Positions 1-8,384 of a stretch of DNA of 64,000 nucleotides are shown piece by piece. Position numbers and translations under genes: made by a program. The DNA lies in the NCBI GenBank assembly GCA_035565135.1, contig DATMSY010000021.1, positions 17,589 to 81,588 on the forward strand. Reading direction: 5' to 3'. This stretch comes from Devosia sp. Lineage in GTDB: Bacteria > Pseudomonadota > Alphaproteobacteria > Rhizobiales > Devosiaceae. The notes below the pieces were generated by a model. That model was not told the origin of the DNA. It ran no database searches and saw only the letters and a program-made list of their open reading frames with translations. The stretch's first letter is position 1. Each line of letters begins with the position of its first letter.

Positions 1-1
1 T

Positions 2-595
2 TTCGAGGCCATCCTGGCCGCCGCGCCCGACCTGCCTGCCGTGATCTACAACAGCCCCCATTATGGCTTCGAAACCAGGGCAGACCTGTTCTTTGCGCTG
101 CGCGCCAAGTTCAAGAACCTGGTTGGCTTCAAGGAATTTGGCGGCGCTGATTCCATGACCTATGCCGCCGAGCACATTACCAGCGGCAATGACAGCGTGG
201 TCCTGATGGCTGGCGTCGATACCGGCGTTTACCACGGTTACGTCAAGGCCGGCGCGACCGGCACGATCACCGGCATCGGCAATGCCCTGCCCAAGGAAAT
301 CCTGCATCTGGTGGCCCTGTCCAAGGCGGCGGCCGCCGGCGACGCTATTGCCCGTGCGCGGGCACTGGAACTGGGCGAAGCCCTCGCAGTGCTGTCGAGC
401 TGGGACGAAGGCACCGATCTCGTGCTCTATTACAAATACATGCTCGAGCTGCAGGGCGAGGACGCCTACAAGCTGCATTTCAACGCCACCGACGAGCTCT
501 CCCCCAGCCAACGCGCCTGGGCCAAATCCCAGTTCGAGCAGTTCAATGCCTGGTACGCCAACTGGAGCCAGCAGCCCGACCCCCACAAGCCGTGA
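2..595 (+). CDS. DHDPS/NAL-family protein, probable delta1-pyrroline-4-hydroxy-2-carboxylate deaminase (5'-truncated by the window edge)
   Basis: Frame open from nt 2 (FEAILAAAPDLPAVIYNSP...); IYN motif and GFKEFGG Schiff-base Lys motif; hydroxyproline-catabolic neighbourhood. Confidence 0.8.
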   Translation, partial: FEAILAAAPDLPAVIYNSPHYGFETRADLFFALRAKFKNLVGFKEFGGADSMTYAAEHITSGNDSVVLMAGVDTGVYHGYVKAGATGTITGIGNALPKEILHLVALSKAAAAGDAIARARALELGEALAVLSSWDEGTDLVLYYKYMLELQGEDAYKLHFNATDELSPSQRAWAKSQFEQFNAWYANWSQQPDPHKP

Positions 596-617
596 GCTCC
601 TCCCTGGACGTTTCGGC

Positions 618-649
618 AAAGGCCCTCCTGCGGGAGGGCCTTTTTCTTT
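618..649. terminator. Intrinsic terminator between convergent genes, probably bidirectional
   Basis: aaaggccctcc-tgcg-ggagggccttt hairpin followed by a T-rich tract. Confidence 0.85.
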
Positions 650-652
650 GTC

Positions 653-1723
653 TCAATCGATAGCAGCAAGACCCAACTCGAGCAGGCGATCGAGCCGCTG
701 CACTTCGGCTTCGGTGAGCGTGATCCCCTCGGTTTCAGCCATGCGGCGCGCGGCAAAGCGCCGTTGGGACGGAAGCCGCGCCCCCTGCATTTCGATCGCC
801 GCGAACAGCATTTCGGCCCGGGCAAATGGATCGCCGGGACGTCCGGCGGCAAAACGCTCGGGCGAAAGGGCGATGACCAACTCGCCATGGGCAGGCGCCA
901 GGGCAGTGGTCCCCAATGCTTGGAGCGCACCGGCGCTGGTGAGATCGCCGATCATGACGCCCGCCAGCAGCTCGATCATCGTGCTCATGGCCGAGCCTTT
1001 GTAGCCGCCAAAGGGCAGCATGGCGCCGGCAAGTGCGGCGTCGGGCGAGGTCGTGGGTTCGCCCTGCTCGTCGATCGCCCAGCCCTCCGGCAATTGCCTG
1101 CCGGAGCGGCGATAGAGCTCGATCTCGCCGCGAGCGGCAACCGATGTCGCGAAATCAAAGACATAGGGCTCCGATTGCTGACGCGGCCAGCCGAAGGCAA
1201 AGGGATTGGTGCCAAAGAGCGGCTTGCTGCCACCCCAGGGCGCGACGGTGGCGTAGCTGGGGCACATGACCAAACCCGCAAGGCCATGATCGGTCACCGC
1301 TTCCACCTCCGGCCAGAGGGCGGAAAAATGGGTGCAATCATTGATGACCATGGCCGCAAGGCCCAGTTTTCGGGCACGTTCGGCAAGAAGCGGCAGGCCC
1401 AGATCGAAGGCGGGGACAGAAAAGCCGTTCTGCCCATCGATACGGATAATGGCGCCCTCGCCGGCATCTGCGACCACAGGGACGGCGTCGCCGCGCACCT
1501 TCCCGGCCTTGAGCGTGCGCAGGACACCCTCGATGCGATAGACGCCGTGGGCCTTGCAGGCGTCGCGTTCACCGGCAGCGATGACACGGGCAACAGCGCC
1601 CGACTGGACGTCATTCATGCCGGCGCGCTCGAACATCGTCTGGATGCGCCCGTAGAGCTGATCGAAGGAAAATGCAGTGGTCACGCGGGCCGCTCCGTCC
1701 TGGTGAGAATCCTCGACCGACAT
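653..1723 (-). CDS. Ldh_2-family oxidoreductase, probable delta1-pyrroline-2-carboxylate reductase (DpkA/LhpD-like)
   Basis: HGVYR, HFSALW, FGTNPFAFGWP, FDFATS and LPFGGYKGS motifs; start placed at ATG 1723 (MSVEDSH). Confidence 0.85.
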   Translation of the reverse strand: MSVEDSHQDGAARVTTAFSFDQLYGRIQTMFERAGMNDVQSGAVARVIAAGERDACKAHGVYRIEGVLRTLKAGKVRGDAVPVVADAGEGAIIRIDGQNGFSVPAFDLGLPLLAERARKLGLAAMVINDCTHFSALWPEVEAVTDHGLAGLVMCPSYATVAPWGGSKPLFGTNPFAFGWPRQQSEPYVFDFATSVAARGEIELYRRSGRQLPEGWAIDEQGEPTTSPDAALAGAMLPFGGYKGSAMSTMIELLAGVMIGDLTSAGALQALGTTALAPAHGELVIALSPERFAAGRPGDPFARAEMLFAAIEMQGARLPSQRRFAARRMAETEGITLTEAEVQRLDRLLELGLAAID

Positions 1724-1825
1724 GCGCAGGCCGAAACCGATGCCGCCAGCTGCGCTCAGCGGGCTCCCCTTGAACACATGGGCGGCACCGGCAATGGCCC
1801 GGAACTGACCATATAAGTATGCACA

Positions 1826-1835
1826 ATGTCGACAT
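1826..1835. promoter_or_regulatory. Palindromic operator ATGTCGACAT, putative GntR site
   Basis: TGTCGACA core recurs at 1938, 8251 and 8299, all in promoter regions of this cluster. Confidence 0.6.
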
Positions 1836-1937
1836 AAAAGTGATTGTGATGCCCCACAAGGGCTTGGGGCCACTCCTGCCGGTTTGCACAGCAAAGGGTC
1901 ACAGGCACGCCACGTGACGAAAATTACATCAAGGTCT

Positions 1938-1956
1938 TGTCGACACTTTGGATATT
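1938..1956 (+). promoter_or_regulatory. Operator/promoter element TGTCGACA-N2-TTGGATATT
   Basis: 17 of 19 positions match the element at 8299-8317. Confidence 0.65.
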
Positions 1957-1979
1957 AGATAGTGTCGGCGGGAAATAGG

Positions 1980-2501
1980 ATGCATGTCGTGATCAGTACC
2001 GGCCTTGTTGATGAGTTCATGGCGAGCGTTCGCCGCCCCGGCGTGACAACCCTCGAGCTGATCGGCGGCGTCGGCAAGATGGTGCAAGAGACGATCGGCA
2101 CCCGGCTTTTGACGGCGTCGGTCTTTGACATGGGCAAGCGCCAGTCCAAGCGCGTCTATTCGGAAAACCTGGAGGCCTATCCACTGGCCGGCCTCAAGCC
2201 GATTGAGGACAATAAGTGGACCGAGATCGTGCTGAACCAGCACCGCGTGTTCCACACCCTGCGTATCAAGGAGATCGCCGAGGTCTTCTTCGACTGGCGG
2301 CTGATCCAATCGCTGGGCAATGAGTCGAACGCCAATATTCCGATCGTCGTCGATGGCAAGGTCATCGGCACGCTGAACCTGCTGCATGAGGCTGGCTATT
2401 ACAGCAATGAGCGCATCGCGCCGGCCGTTGACCTGCTGCCTTACGCCACCATCGCCTTCCAGCATCTGGCCAAGTCGATGAACGAACAAACCATCGCGTG
2501 A
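1980..2501 (+). CDS. Stand-alone GAF-domain protein
   Basis: GAF-like C-terminal pattern LGNESNANIPIVVDGKVIGTLNLLHE; start uncertain (1962, 1980 or 2019). Confidence 0.7.
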   Translation: MHVVISTGLVDEFMASVRRPGVTTLELIGGVGKMVQETIGTRLLTASVFDMGKRQSKRVYSENLEAYPLAGLKPIEDNKWTEIVLNQHRVFHTLRIKEIAEVFFDWRLIQSLGNESNANIPIVVDGKVIGTLNLLHEAGYYSNERIAPAVDLLPYATIAFQHLAKSMNEQTIA

Positions 2502-2616
2502 GAGGGCCTGGCCGTTCTCGCGTGGGATAGCGAATGGAACAGGGCCGGCACAGCGCCGGGCCGTTCGGGAAATCAGCAGCGGAATTGGGAACCGCTGGTG
2601 TGAAAGGGAAAAAGCC

Positions 2617-3612
2617 ATGAAACTACATCTAGCCTTGCTCACTTCCGTGGCGTTTGCCGGTGTGGCCGCGGCCGCGCCAGCCATGGCGCAGGATCCGTTC
2701 CGCATCGCCTATCTCGCCTCGTCCAGCCAGAATGGCTACAATCAGGCCATCTATGCCGGCATCCAGGAAGCCGCGGCCGCAAAAGGCGTCGAAGTCGAGA
2801 TCTTTGACGGCGCGTTTGATTCCACCAAGCAGTTCTCCCAGGTCGAGGACGTGGTGGCGGGCGGCCGTTTCGACGCCTTTATCGTAACCCCGAACGATAC
2901 CGTGGGCATCGCCCCAGCGCTGGAAGACGCCACCGCAGCGGGCATCACTGTTGTTGCGACGCTCTTCCCCGTCGGTCCGGACCTGACCGATATGGAGCCG
3001 CAGGTTCCCGGCCTCACCACCACTGTTGCCGCCAACCCCGCCGTGGGCGCCAAGGCGCAGGCGGAAGCCGTGGCCGCCTATTGCGCAGACAAGGACCCAT
3101 GCCGTGTCGCCGTCATTATCGGCCAATTGATCTATCCCTTCGACAATCTGCGCAACGAAACCTTCAAGCAAGTTCTGGCGCAGCATCCGAACATCCAGAT
3201 CGTGGCCACCGGCGAAGGCAATTATGACCCCGATGCCTCGCTGACCGCCATGCAGGATATCCTGCAGGCCAATCCAGAAATCGACGCGGTGCTCTCCAAT
3301 GCCGACCAGCACCTGATCGGCGCGGAAATCGCGCTCAACGATTTCGGCTACGAACCCGGCTCGGTCTATATGATCGGTGGCGGCCTCAACCAGATCACGG
3401 TCGACGCCATCCGCGCCGGCACCGTCGCCGCAACGCTGACCGAAGTGCCGCACAGCATGGGCAAGGCGGCCCTCGAGGCCGCCGTCACCACGCTTGAAGG
3501 CGGCACCGCGCCGACCTGGATCGATCCATTCGATCTCAGCGTGACGCCGGTGATCGTGACCAAGGAATGGCTCGACGCCCATCCCGACTTCAAGGCCGAA
3601 TGGCAGGGCTGA
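2617..3612 (+). CDS. Sugar-type (RbsB-like) ABC transporter substrate-binding protein
   Basis: N-terminal signal peptide (APAMA-Q), periplasmic-binding-protein type I pattern, upstream of ATPase and permease. Confidence 0.9.
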   Translation: MKLHLALLTSVAFAGVAAAAPAMAQDPFRIAYLASSSQNGYNQAIYAGIQEAAAAKGVEVEIFDGAFDSTKQFSQVEDVVAGGRFDAFIVTPNDTVGIAPALEDATAAGITVVATLFPVGPDLTDMEPQVPGLTTTVAANPAVGAKAQAEAVAAYCADKDPCRVAVIIGQLIYPFDNLRNETFKQVLAQHPNIQIVATGEGNYDPDASLTAMQDILQANPEIDAVLSNADQHLIGAEIALNDFGYEPGSVYMIGGGLNQITVDAIRAGTVAATLTEVPHSMGKAALEAAVTTLEGGTAPTWIDPFDLSVTPVIVTKEWLDAHPDFKAEWQG

Positions 3613-3682
3613 ACGCCTCATGCGAGGCTGGCGGGACCAATCGATCCCGCCTACCCTGCTTCTTTAGCGGAGGTCCGTTGCC

Positions 3683-5227
3683 ATGGTAGCGAACGGAACG
3701 ACGACGGCTGTCCGGCTGACGGGCGTCGAAAAGAGCTTCGGCTCGAGCAAGATCCTCAATGATATCACGCTCGAATTTCGGGCCGGCGAAGTGCATGCGC
3801 TGATCGGCGAGAATGGCGCCGGCAAGTCCAGCGTCGGCAAGATCATCGGTGGCTATTATTCGGCCGATCGTGGGCAGGTGGAAATTTCGGGCACGCCGCT
3901 CGACCAGTCGACGCCCCGCCGCGCGCTGCAACTGGGCGTGGCCATGATCCACCAGGAACTTCAGCTCGTGCCGCAGCTGACTGTGGCGGAAAATGTGTTT
4001 CTCGGGCTTGAAGCCAATGTTGCCGGCGTGCTCAGCGGTTCGGACAACAAGCGCTTTGCCGTGCTTGAAGAGCTCTGCCGGTTCGGCCTTGATCCGCGCC
4101 ACAAGGCTGGCGATCTCTCCATTGCCGACCGGCAGAAGGTCGAGATCATGCGCGCCATCGCGCGCGACGCCCGCATCATCATCATGGATGAGCCGACCTC
4201 CTCGCTGACGGCGGACGAAGCCGAGCGCCTACACCGGGTCATTGCCGACCTGCGCGCGCAGGGTCGCACCATCATCTATGTCACCCATTTCCTCGACCAT
4301 GTGCTGGCCGCCTGCGATCGCGTGACGATCATGCGGGACGGCCGTGTGGTCCGCACCGGCGAGATTGCCGGCGAAACCAAGCAGAGCCTGGTTGAAGCCA
4401 TGCTCGGCAAGAGCGCCGAAGTCGCCTATCCCGAACTGCCGGCTCGGCCGGACAACGCGGTCCCACCGCGTATCGAGATGCGCGGAATCAGCACCGCTGC
4501 CGGCATTCACGACATCAATCTGGCCATCCGCCCCGGCGAAGTCGTGGGCCTGGTTGGTCTTGTCGGCTCCGGCCGCAGCGAAGTGGCGCGCGCCTTGTTT
4601 GGTGTCGATCAAGCGCTGAGCGGCACGATCGCGCTCGATGGCCAGGAATTGCGCAAGCTTTCGCCCAAGAATGCGGTCCGCCACGGCATCGCTTTCGTGC
4701 CGGAAGATCGCCGCAAACAGGGGCTCAACCTGGTGCAGCGGACGCGGCCCAACATGAGCCTGCCCCATCTCGACCAGATCAGCCGGCTCGGCTTTCTCGA
4801 CATGGGCGAAGAGCGCCGCCGCACCAGGGCGATGATCGAACATTTCGGCATCGTGCCGGCCGGCATTGATGGCGAAGTGGCCTATTATTCGGGCGGCAAC
4901 CAGCAAAAGGTGCTGCTGTCCAAATGGGCCTATGGCAAGCCGCGCGTCGTCATTCTCGACGAGCCCAGCCGCGGCGTCGACATTGGCGCCCGCCGCCGCA
5001 TCCACGATTTCATCGTCGAACTCGCAGAAAACGGCGTCGCCGTCCTGCTGATTTCCTCCGAGCTCGAGGAAGTGCTGAACCTGTCGCACCGCTCCTACCT
5101 GATGAGCAGCGGCCGGATCATCGGCGAAGTCGACAGTCCCGATATCAGTGTTGAAGACGTGCTGTTCCGCCTCTTCAACGTCCAGAAGGCGCAGGAGCAG
5201 TCCGCGCCCCTGCCCGCACAAGGTTGA
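3683..5227 (+). CDS. Sugar ABC transporter ATP-binding protein (double NBD, RbsA-like)
   Basis: GENGAGKS Walker A, MDEPTSSL, SGGNQQKV, LDEPSRGVDIGA. Confidence 0.95.
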   Translation: MVANGTTTAVRLTGVEKSFGSSKILNDITLEFRAGEVHALIGENGAGKSSVGKIIGGYYSADRGQVEISGTPLDQSTPRRALQLGVAMIHQELQLVPQLTVAENVFLGLEANVAGVLSGSDNKRFAVLEELCRFGLDPRHKAGDLSIADRQKVEIMRAIARDARIIIMDEPTSSLTADEAERLHRVIADLRAQGRTIIYVTHFLDHVLAACDRVTIMRDGRVVRTGEIAGETKQSLVEAMLGKSAEVAYPELPARPDNAVPPRIEMRGISTAAGIHDINLAIRPGEVVGLVGLVGSGRSEVARALFGVDQALSGTIALDGQELRKLSPKNAVRHGIAFVPEDRRKQGLNLVQRTRPNMSLPHLDQISRLGFLDMGEERRRTRAMIEHFGIVPAGIDGEVAYYSGGNQQKVLLSKWAYGKPRVVILDEPSRGVDIGARRRIHDFIVELAENGVAVLLISSELEEVLNLSHRSYLMSSGRIIGEVDSPDISVEDVLFRLFNVQKAQEQSAPLPAQG

Positions 5228-5232
5228 GACCC

Positions 5233-6207
5233 ATGGCCGAACTTCAGGCGACCACGCCCCCAACGCCCAGCCCAAGCAGGTTTTCCGCCGGCGACTTCCT
5301 GCGCGAATATGGCATTCTGCTCATCATCGTCGTGCTGATGATCGGCCTGACCTTGATCAGCCCGTCCTTCCTCACATCGCGCAATTTGCTCAACATTCTC
5401 AACCAGAGTGCGCCTCTGGCCATCATCGCGGTGGCTTTGACCCTGGTGATCGTCAGCGGCGGGTTCGATCTGTCGACCGGCGCGATCTTTGGCGTGGCCA
5501 GCGTTTCCGCCGCCTGGCTGGCGGTCAATGTCGATCCAACACTGGGCATGATTGCCGGGCCATTGCTCGGGCTGCTGCTCGGCGTGGTCAATGGCCTCAT
5601 CATTACCGGGTTCAATGTCCACTCCTTCCTGGCGACCCTCGCCTCAAGCATGGTCTATCGCGGTATTGCAGTGCTCATTACCGGTGGCGCGCTGATCCCG
5701 GTGCGCATGGAAGAATTCGCCTGGCTCGGCCGCGGTCGCGTCGGCATGGTCAATATCGCCGTGCTGATCCTGCTGGTCTTCACGCTGGCCATGATGGTGC
5801 TGCTCAACCGCACGACCTTTGGCCGCCGCGTCATCGCCGTGGGTGGCAATGAAGAAGCCGCAATCCTGTCGGGTGTTCGCACCAAGCTGGTTCGCATTGC
5901 TTGTTTCGGCCTTACCGGTTTTGCTGCTGGTCTTGCCGGTATCATCGCGGTCTCGCGTATTTCGATGGGCCAGCCCCAGGCCGGTGTCGGCATGGAATTG
6001 GAAGCCATTGCCGCGGTCATTCTGGGCGGCACCAGCATCTATGGCGGGGCAGGAGCCATATGGCGTTCCATTGCCGGCGTGCTACTGCTGGCACTGATTG
6101 GCAATGGTTTTAACATCCTCAACGTCAATCCCTTCTTCAAAGACCTCACGACCGGCGTCATTATCGTGGTCGCGGTTGCGTTGAGTGCCGGCAAGAAGCG
6201 CAGATAA
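5233..6207 (+). CDS. Sugar ABC transporter permease (RbsC-like)
   Basis: GGFDLS, AVGGNEEAAILSG and ELEAIAAVILGGTS motifs; multiple TM segments. Confidence 0.95.
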   Translation: MAELQATTPPTPSPSRFSAGDFLREYGILLIIVVLMIGLTLISPSFLTSRNLLNILNQSAPLAIIAVALTLVIVSGGFDLSTGAIFGVASVSAAWLAVNVDPTLGMIAGPLLGLLLGVVNGLIITGFNVHSFLATLASSMVYRGIAVLITGGALIPVRMEEFAWLGRGRVGMVNIAVLILLVFTLAMMVLLNRTTFGRRVIAVGGNEEAAILSGVRTKLVRIACFGLTGFAAGLAGIIAVSRISMGQPQAGVGMELEAIAAVILGGTSIYGGAGAIWRSIAGVLLLALIGNGFNILNVNPFFKDLTTGVIIVVAVALSAGKKRR

Positions 6208-6216
6208 TCGGAGCAG

Positions 6217-6957
6217 ATGATGGCGCGGGGAACGTTGAAGACCAAGGACGAAGCGGCCGGCACAAAGGCCCGCGTGCGAGGGCAAGGCGCCCGCACGGTC
6301 TATGAAACGCTGCGCACCGCCATTCTCGATCTGAGTCTGGAACCAGGCAGCCCGCTCGACGAGATGACGCTGTCGGAGCGCTTCGACATGTCGCGCACCC
6401 CGATCCGCGAGGCTCTGGTCCGCCTCGTGGCCGAGGGTCTCGCCAAGACCCTGCCCAATCGCAATACGGTGGTGGCGACCATCGATTTCGAGCAATTGCC
6501 GGTCTATTTCGAAGCGCTGACACTGATGTATCGGGTGACCACGCGCTCGGCGGCGGTGCATCGCCGCGACGAGCATCTGGCCTCCATCCGCCATCACTCC
6601 GACCTTTATGCCGATACCGTGCGCAAACATGACGCGCTGGGCATGATCCAGACCAATCGCGATTTCCACATGGCCATCGCCGAAGCCGGCGGCAACCCCT
6701 ATTTCACCGCTCTGTTCGGACGCCTGCTCGACGAGGGCCGCCGCATCCTGCGCCTCTATTACCAGTCTTTCGATGACAATCTGCCGCGCCGCTATGTCGA
6801 CGAGCATGCCGAAATGATCCTGGCCATCGAAGCACGCGATGCCGACAAGGCCGATCAACTGGCCACGGCCCATGCCGCCCAGATCGTGCGGCAGATCCAA
6901 AGCTACATTGCCCGCGGCACGGTCACCGGCATATCTCTCGAATTGGAACGGACCTGA
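6217..6957 (+). CDS. GntR-family (FCD) transcriptional regulator, HypR-like
   Basis: wHTH motif SRTPIREAL; FCD motif NRDFHMAI...EH. Confidence 0.9.
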   Translation: MMARGTLKTKDEAAGTKARVRGQGARTVYETLRTAILDLSLEPGSPLDEMTLSERFDMSRTPIREALVRLVAEGLAKTLPNRNTVVATIDFEQLPVYFEALTLMYRVTTRSAAVHRRDEHLASIRHHSDLYADTVRKHDALGMIQTNRDFHMAIAEAGGNPYFTALFGRLLDEGRRILRLYYQSFDDNLPRRYVDEHAEMILAIEARDADKADQLATAHAAQIVRQIQSYIARGTVTGISLELERT

Positions 6958-8189
6958 TGGTCAAAATCGCAGTCGTGGGCGCCGGCATTATCGGCGCAAC
7001 CATTGCCACGCGGCTGATCAATGATGGTCACGCCGTCACGGTCTATGAGCCCGAGATCGATGGCCTGCCGACATCTTCCGGCAATGCCGCGCTGATCGCC
7101 TTGCCCGAAATCGCTCCTATCGCCAGCCCCGGCATTTTGACCGCGGTGCCCAAATGGCTACTTGATCCGCTCGGCCCCCTGACGCTGCGCTGGACCGATG
7201 TGCCCGCCTTACTGCCCTGGCTACTGGCCTTTCTGGCCTCTGCCACGCCGGCCAAGGGCGCCAAGGCCCGTACCGCGTTGACCATTCTGATGCGTACGGC
7301 GCTGCAGGATCATCAGGCATTGGGCCAGAGCATTGGCCTCCTCGATCATCTGCGCCAGACTGGCTATATTTCACTGCATGACAGTGAGGCCAGCGTCACC
7401 GCCGCGCTGCATGAGGCGGCAACAGTCAAGACGGCGCTGGGCTATGATTATGAGCGCCTCTCGCCTGACGCGGCCCGCAAGCTCGTGCCGCAGTTGGAAG
7501 GCCCATTCGTGGGCGCCGTGCATCAGCCGGTCTATTGGACCGTCAACAATCCGCTGACCGTGTTGCGGGCCTATCAGAGCTATCTGCGCGGCAAGGCAAC
7601 GCTGGTGCCCGAAAAGGTCACGCGTTTGTCGCGCAATGATGCGGGCGTGAGGGTTCACACGGCAACGGGCGACAGCCAGTTCGACAAGGTTGTGGTTGCT
7701 GCCGGCGTCTGGTCGCGCGAGCTGGTGCGCGGTCTTGGCGCCAAGGTGCTGCTCGAAAACGAGCGCGGCTATAACACCACCTATACCGATCTCGATTGGA
7801 ATCTCGCCATGCCGGTCGGCTTTGCCGATCACGGCTTTATCGCCACCCCGCTGGTCGATGGACTGCGTGTTGGCGGCGCGGTGGAATTGGCCAAGCCTGA
7901 TACAAGCCCCAATTTTGACCGCGCCAAGGCCATGCGCACCAAGATGCGCCGCTATGTGCCAAGCCTCCCCGAAGGCGGCAAGGAATGGATGGGCCGCCGC
8001 CCCTCGACACCCGATTCCCTGCCCGTCATCAGCAGCCATCCGGGTGACGCCCGCATCATTTATGCCTTCGGCCACGGCCATCTCGGCCTGACACTCAGCG
8101 CCGTGACGGCACGCCTGGTTTCGGACCTGGCCGGCACCGGCCCCGCGAATCCAGATTTAACCCCCTTCAGCATCAACAGATTTCAGTAG
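6957..8189 (+). CDS. FAD-dependent D-amino acid dehydrogenase, probable D-hydroxyproline dehydrogenase
   Basis: GAGIIG, TSSGNA, ERGY, WMGRRPSTPDSLPVI and FGHGHLGLT motifs; TGATG coupling to gntR. Confidence 0.85.
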   Translation: MVKIAVVGAGIIGATIATRLINDGHAVTVYEPEIDGLPTSSGNAALIALPEIAPIASPGILTAVPKWLLDPLGPLTLRWTDVPALLPWLLAFLASATPAKGAKARTALTILMRTALQDHQALGQSIGLLDHLRQTGYISLHDSEASVTAALHEAATVKTALGYDYERLSPDAARKLVPQLEGPFVGAVHQPVYWTVNNPLTVLRAYQSYLRGKATLVPEKVTRLSRNDAGVRVHTATGDSQFDKVVVAAGVWSRELVRGLGAKVLLENERGYNTTYTDLDWNLAMPVGFADHGFIATPLVDGLRVGGAVELAKPDTSPNFDRAKAMRTKMRRYVPSLPEGGKEWMGRRPSTPDSLPVISSHPGDARIIYAFGHGHLGLTLSAVTARLVSDLAGTGPANPDLTPFSINRFQ

Positions 8190-8211
8190 CCCGAGGCAGT
8201 GACCTCGGGCT
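8188..8211 (+). terminator. GC-rich hairpin after the dehydrogenase gene
   Basis: agcccgagg-cagtga-cctcgggct; no U-tract. Confidence 0.45.
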
Positions 8212-8250
8212 CAAGCCGATAAGGCCGCCCTCGATTTTATGTATTTAGTT

Positions 8251-8317
8251 TGTCGACATATATTTTGACGCTTGGCATTTCACTGCCCATCGACATAGTG
8301 TCGACAAATTGGATATT
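8251..8317 (+). promoter_or_regulatory. Two TGTCGACA operators upstream of the hydantoinase operon
   Basis: TGTCGACA at 8251-8258 and 8299-8306 within an AT-rich intergenic region. Confidence 0.65.
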
Positions 8318-8384
8318 CTACGCGGCAACCCAGATCTCACCTTTCCGCCACCCAGCGGAACTGCCGAAAAAGCCGGGATGACTA

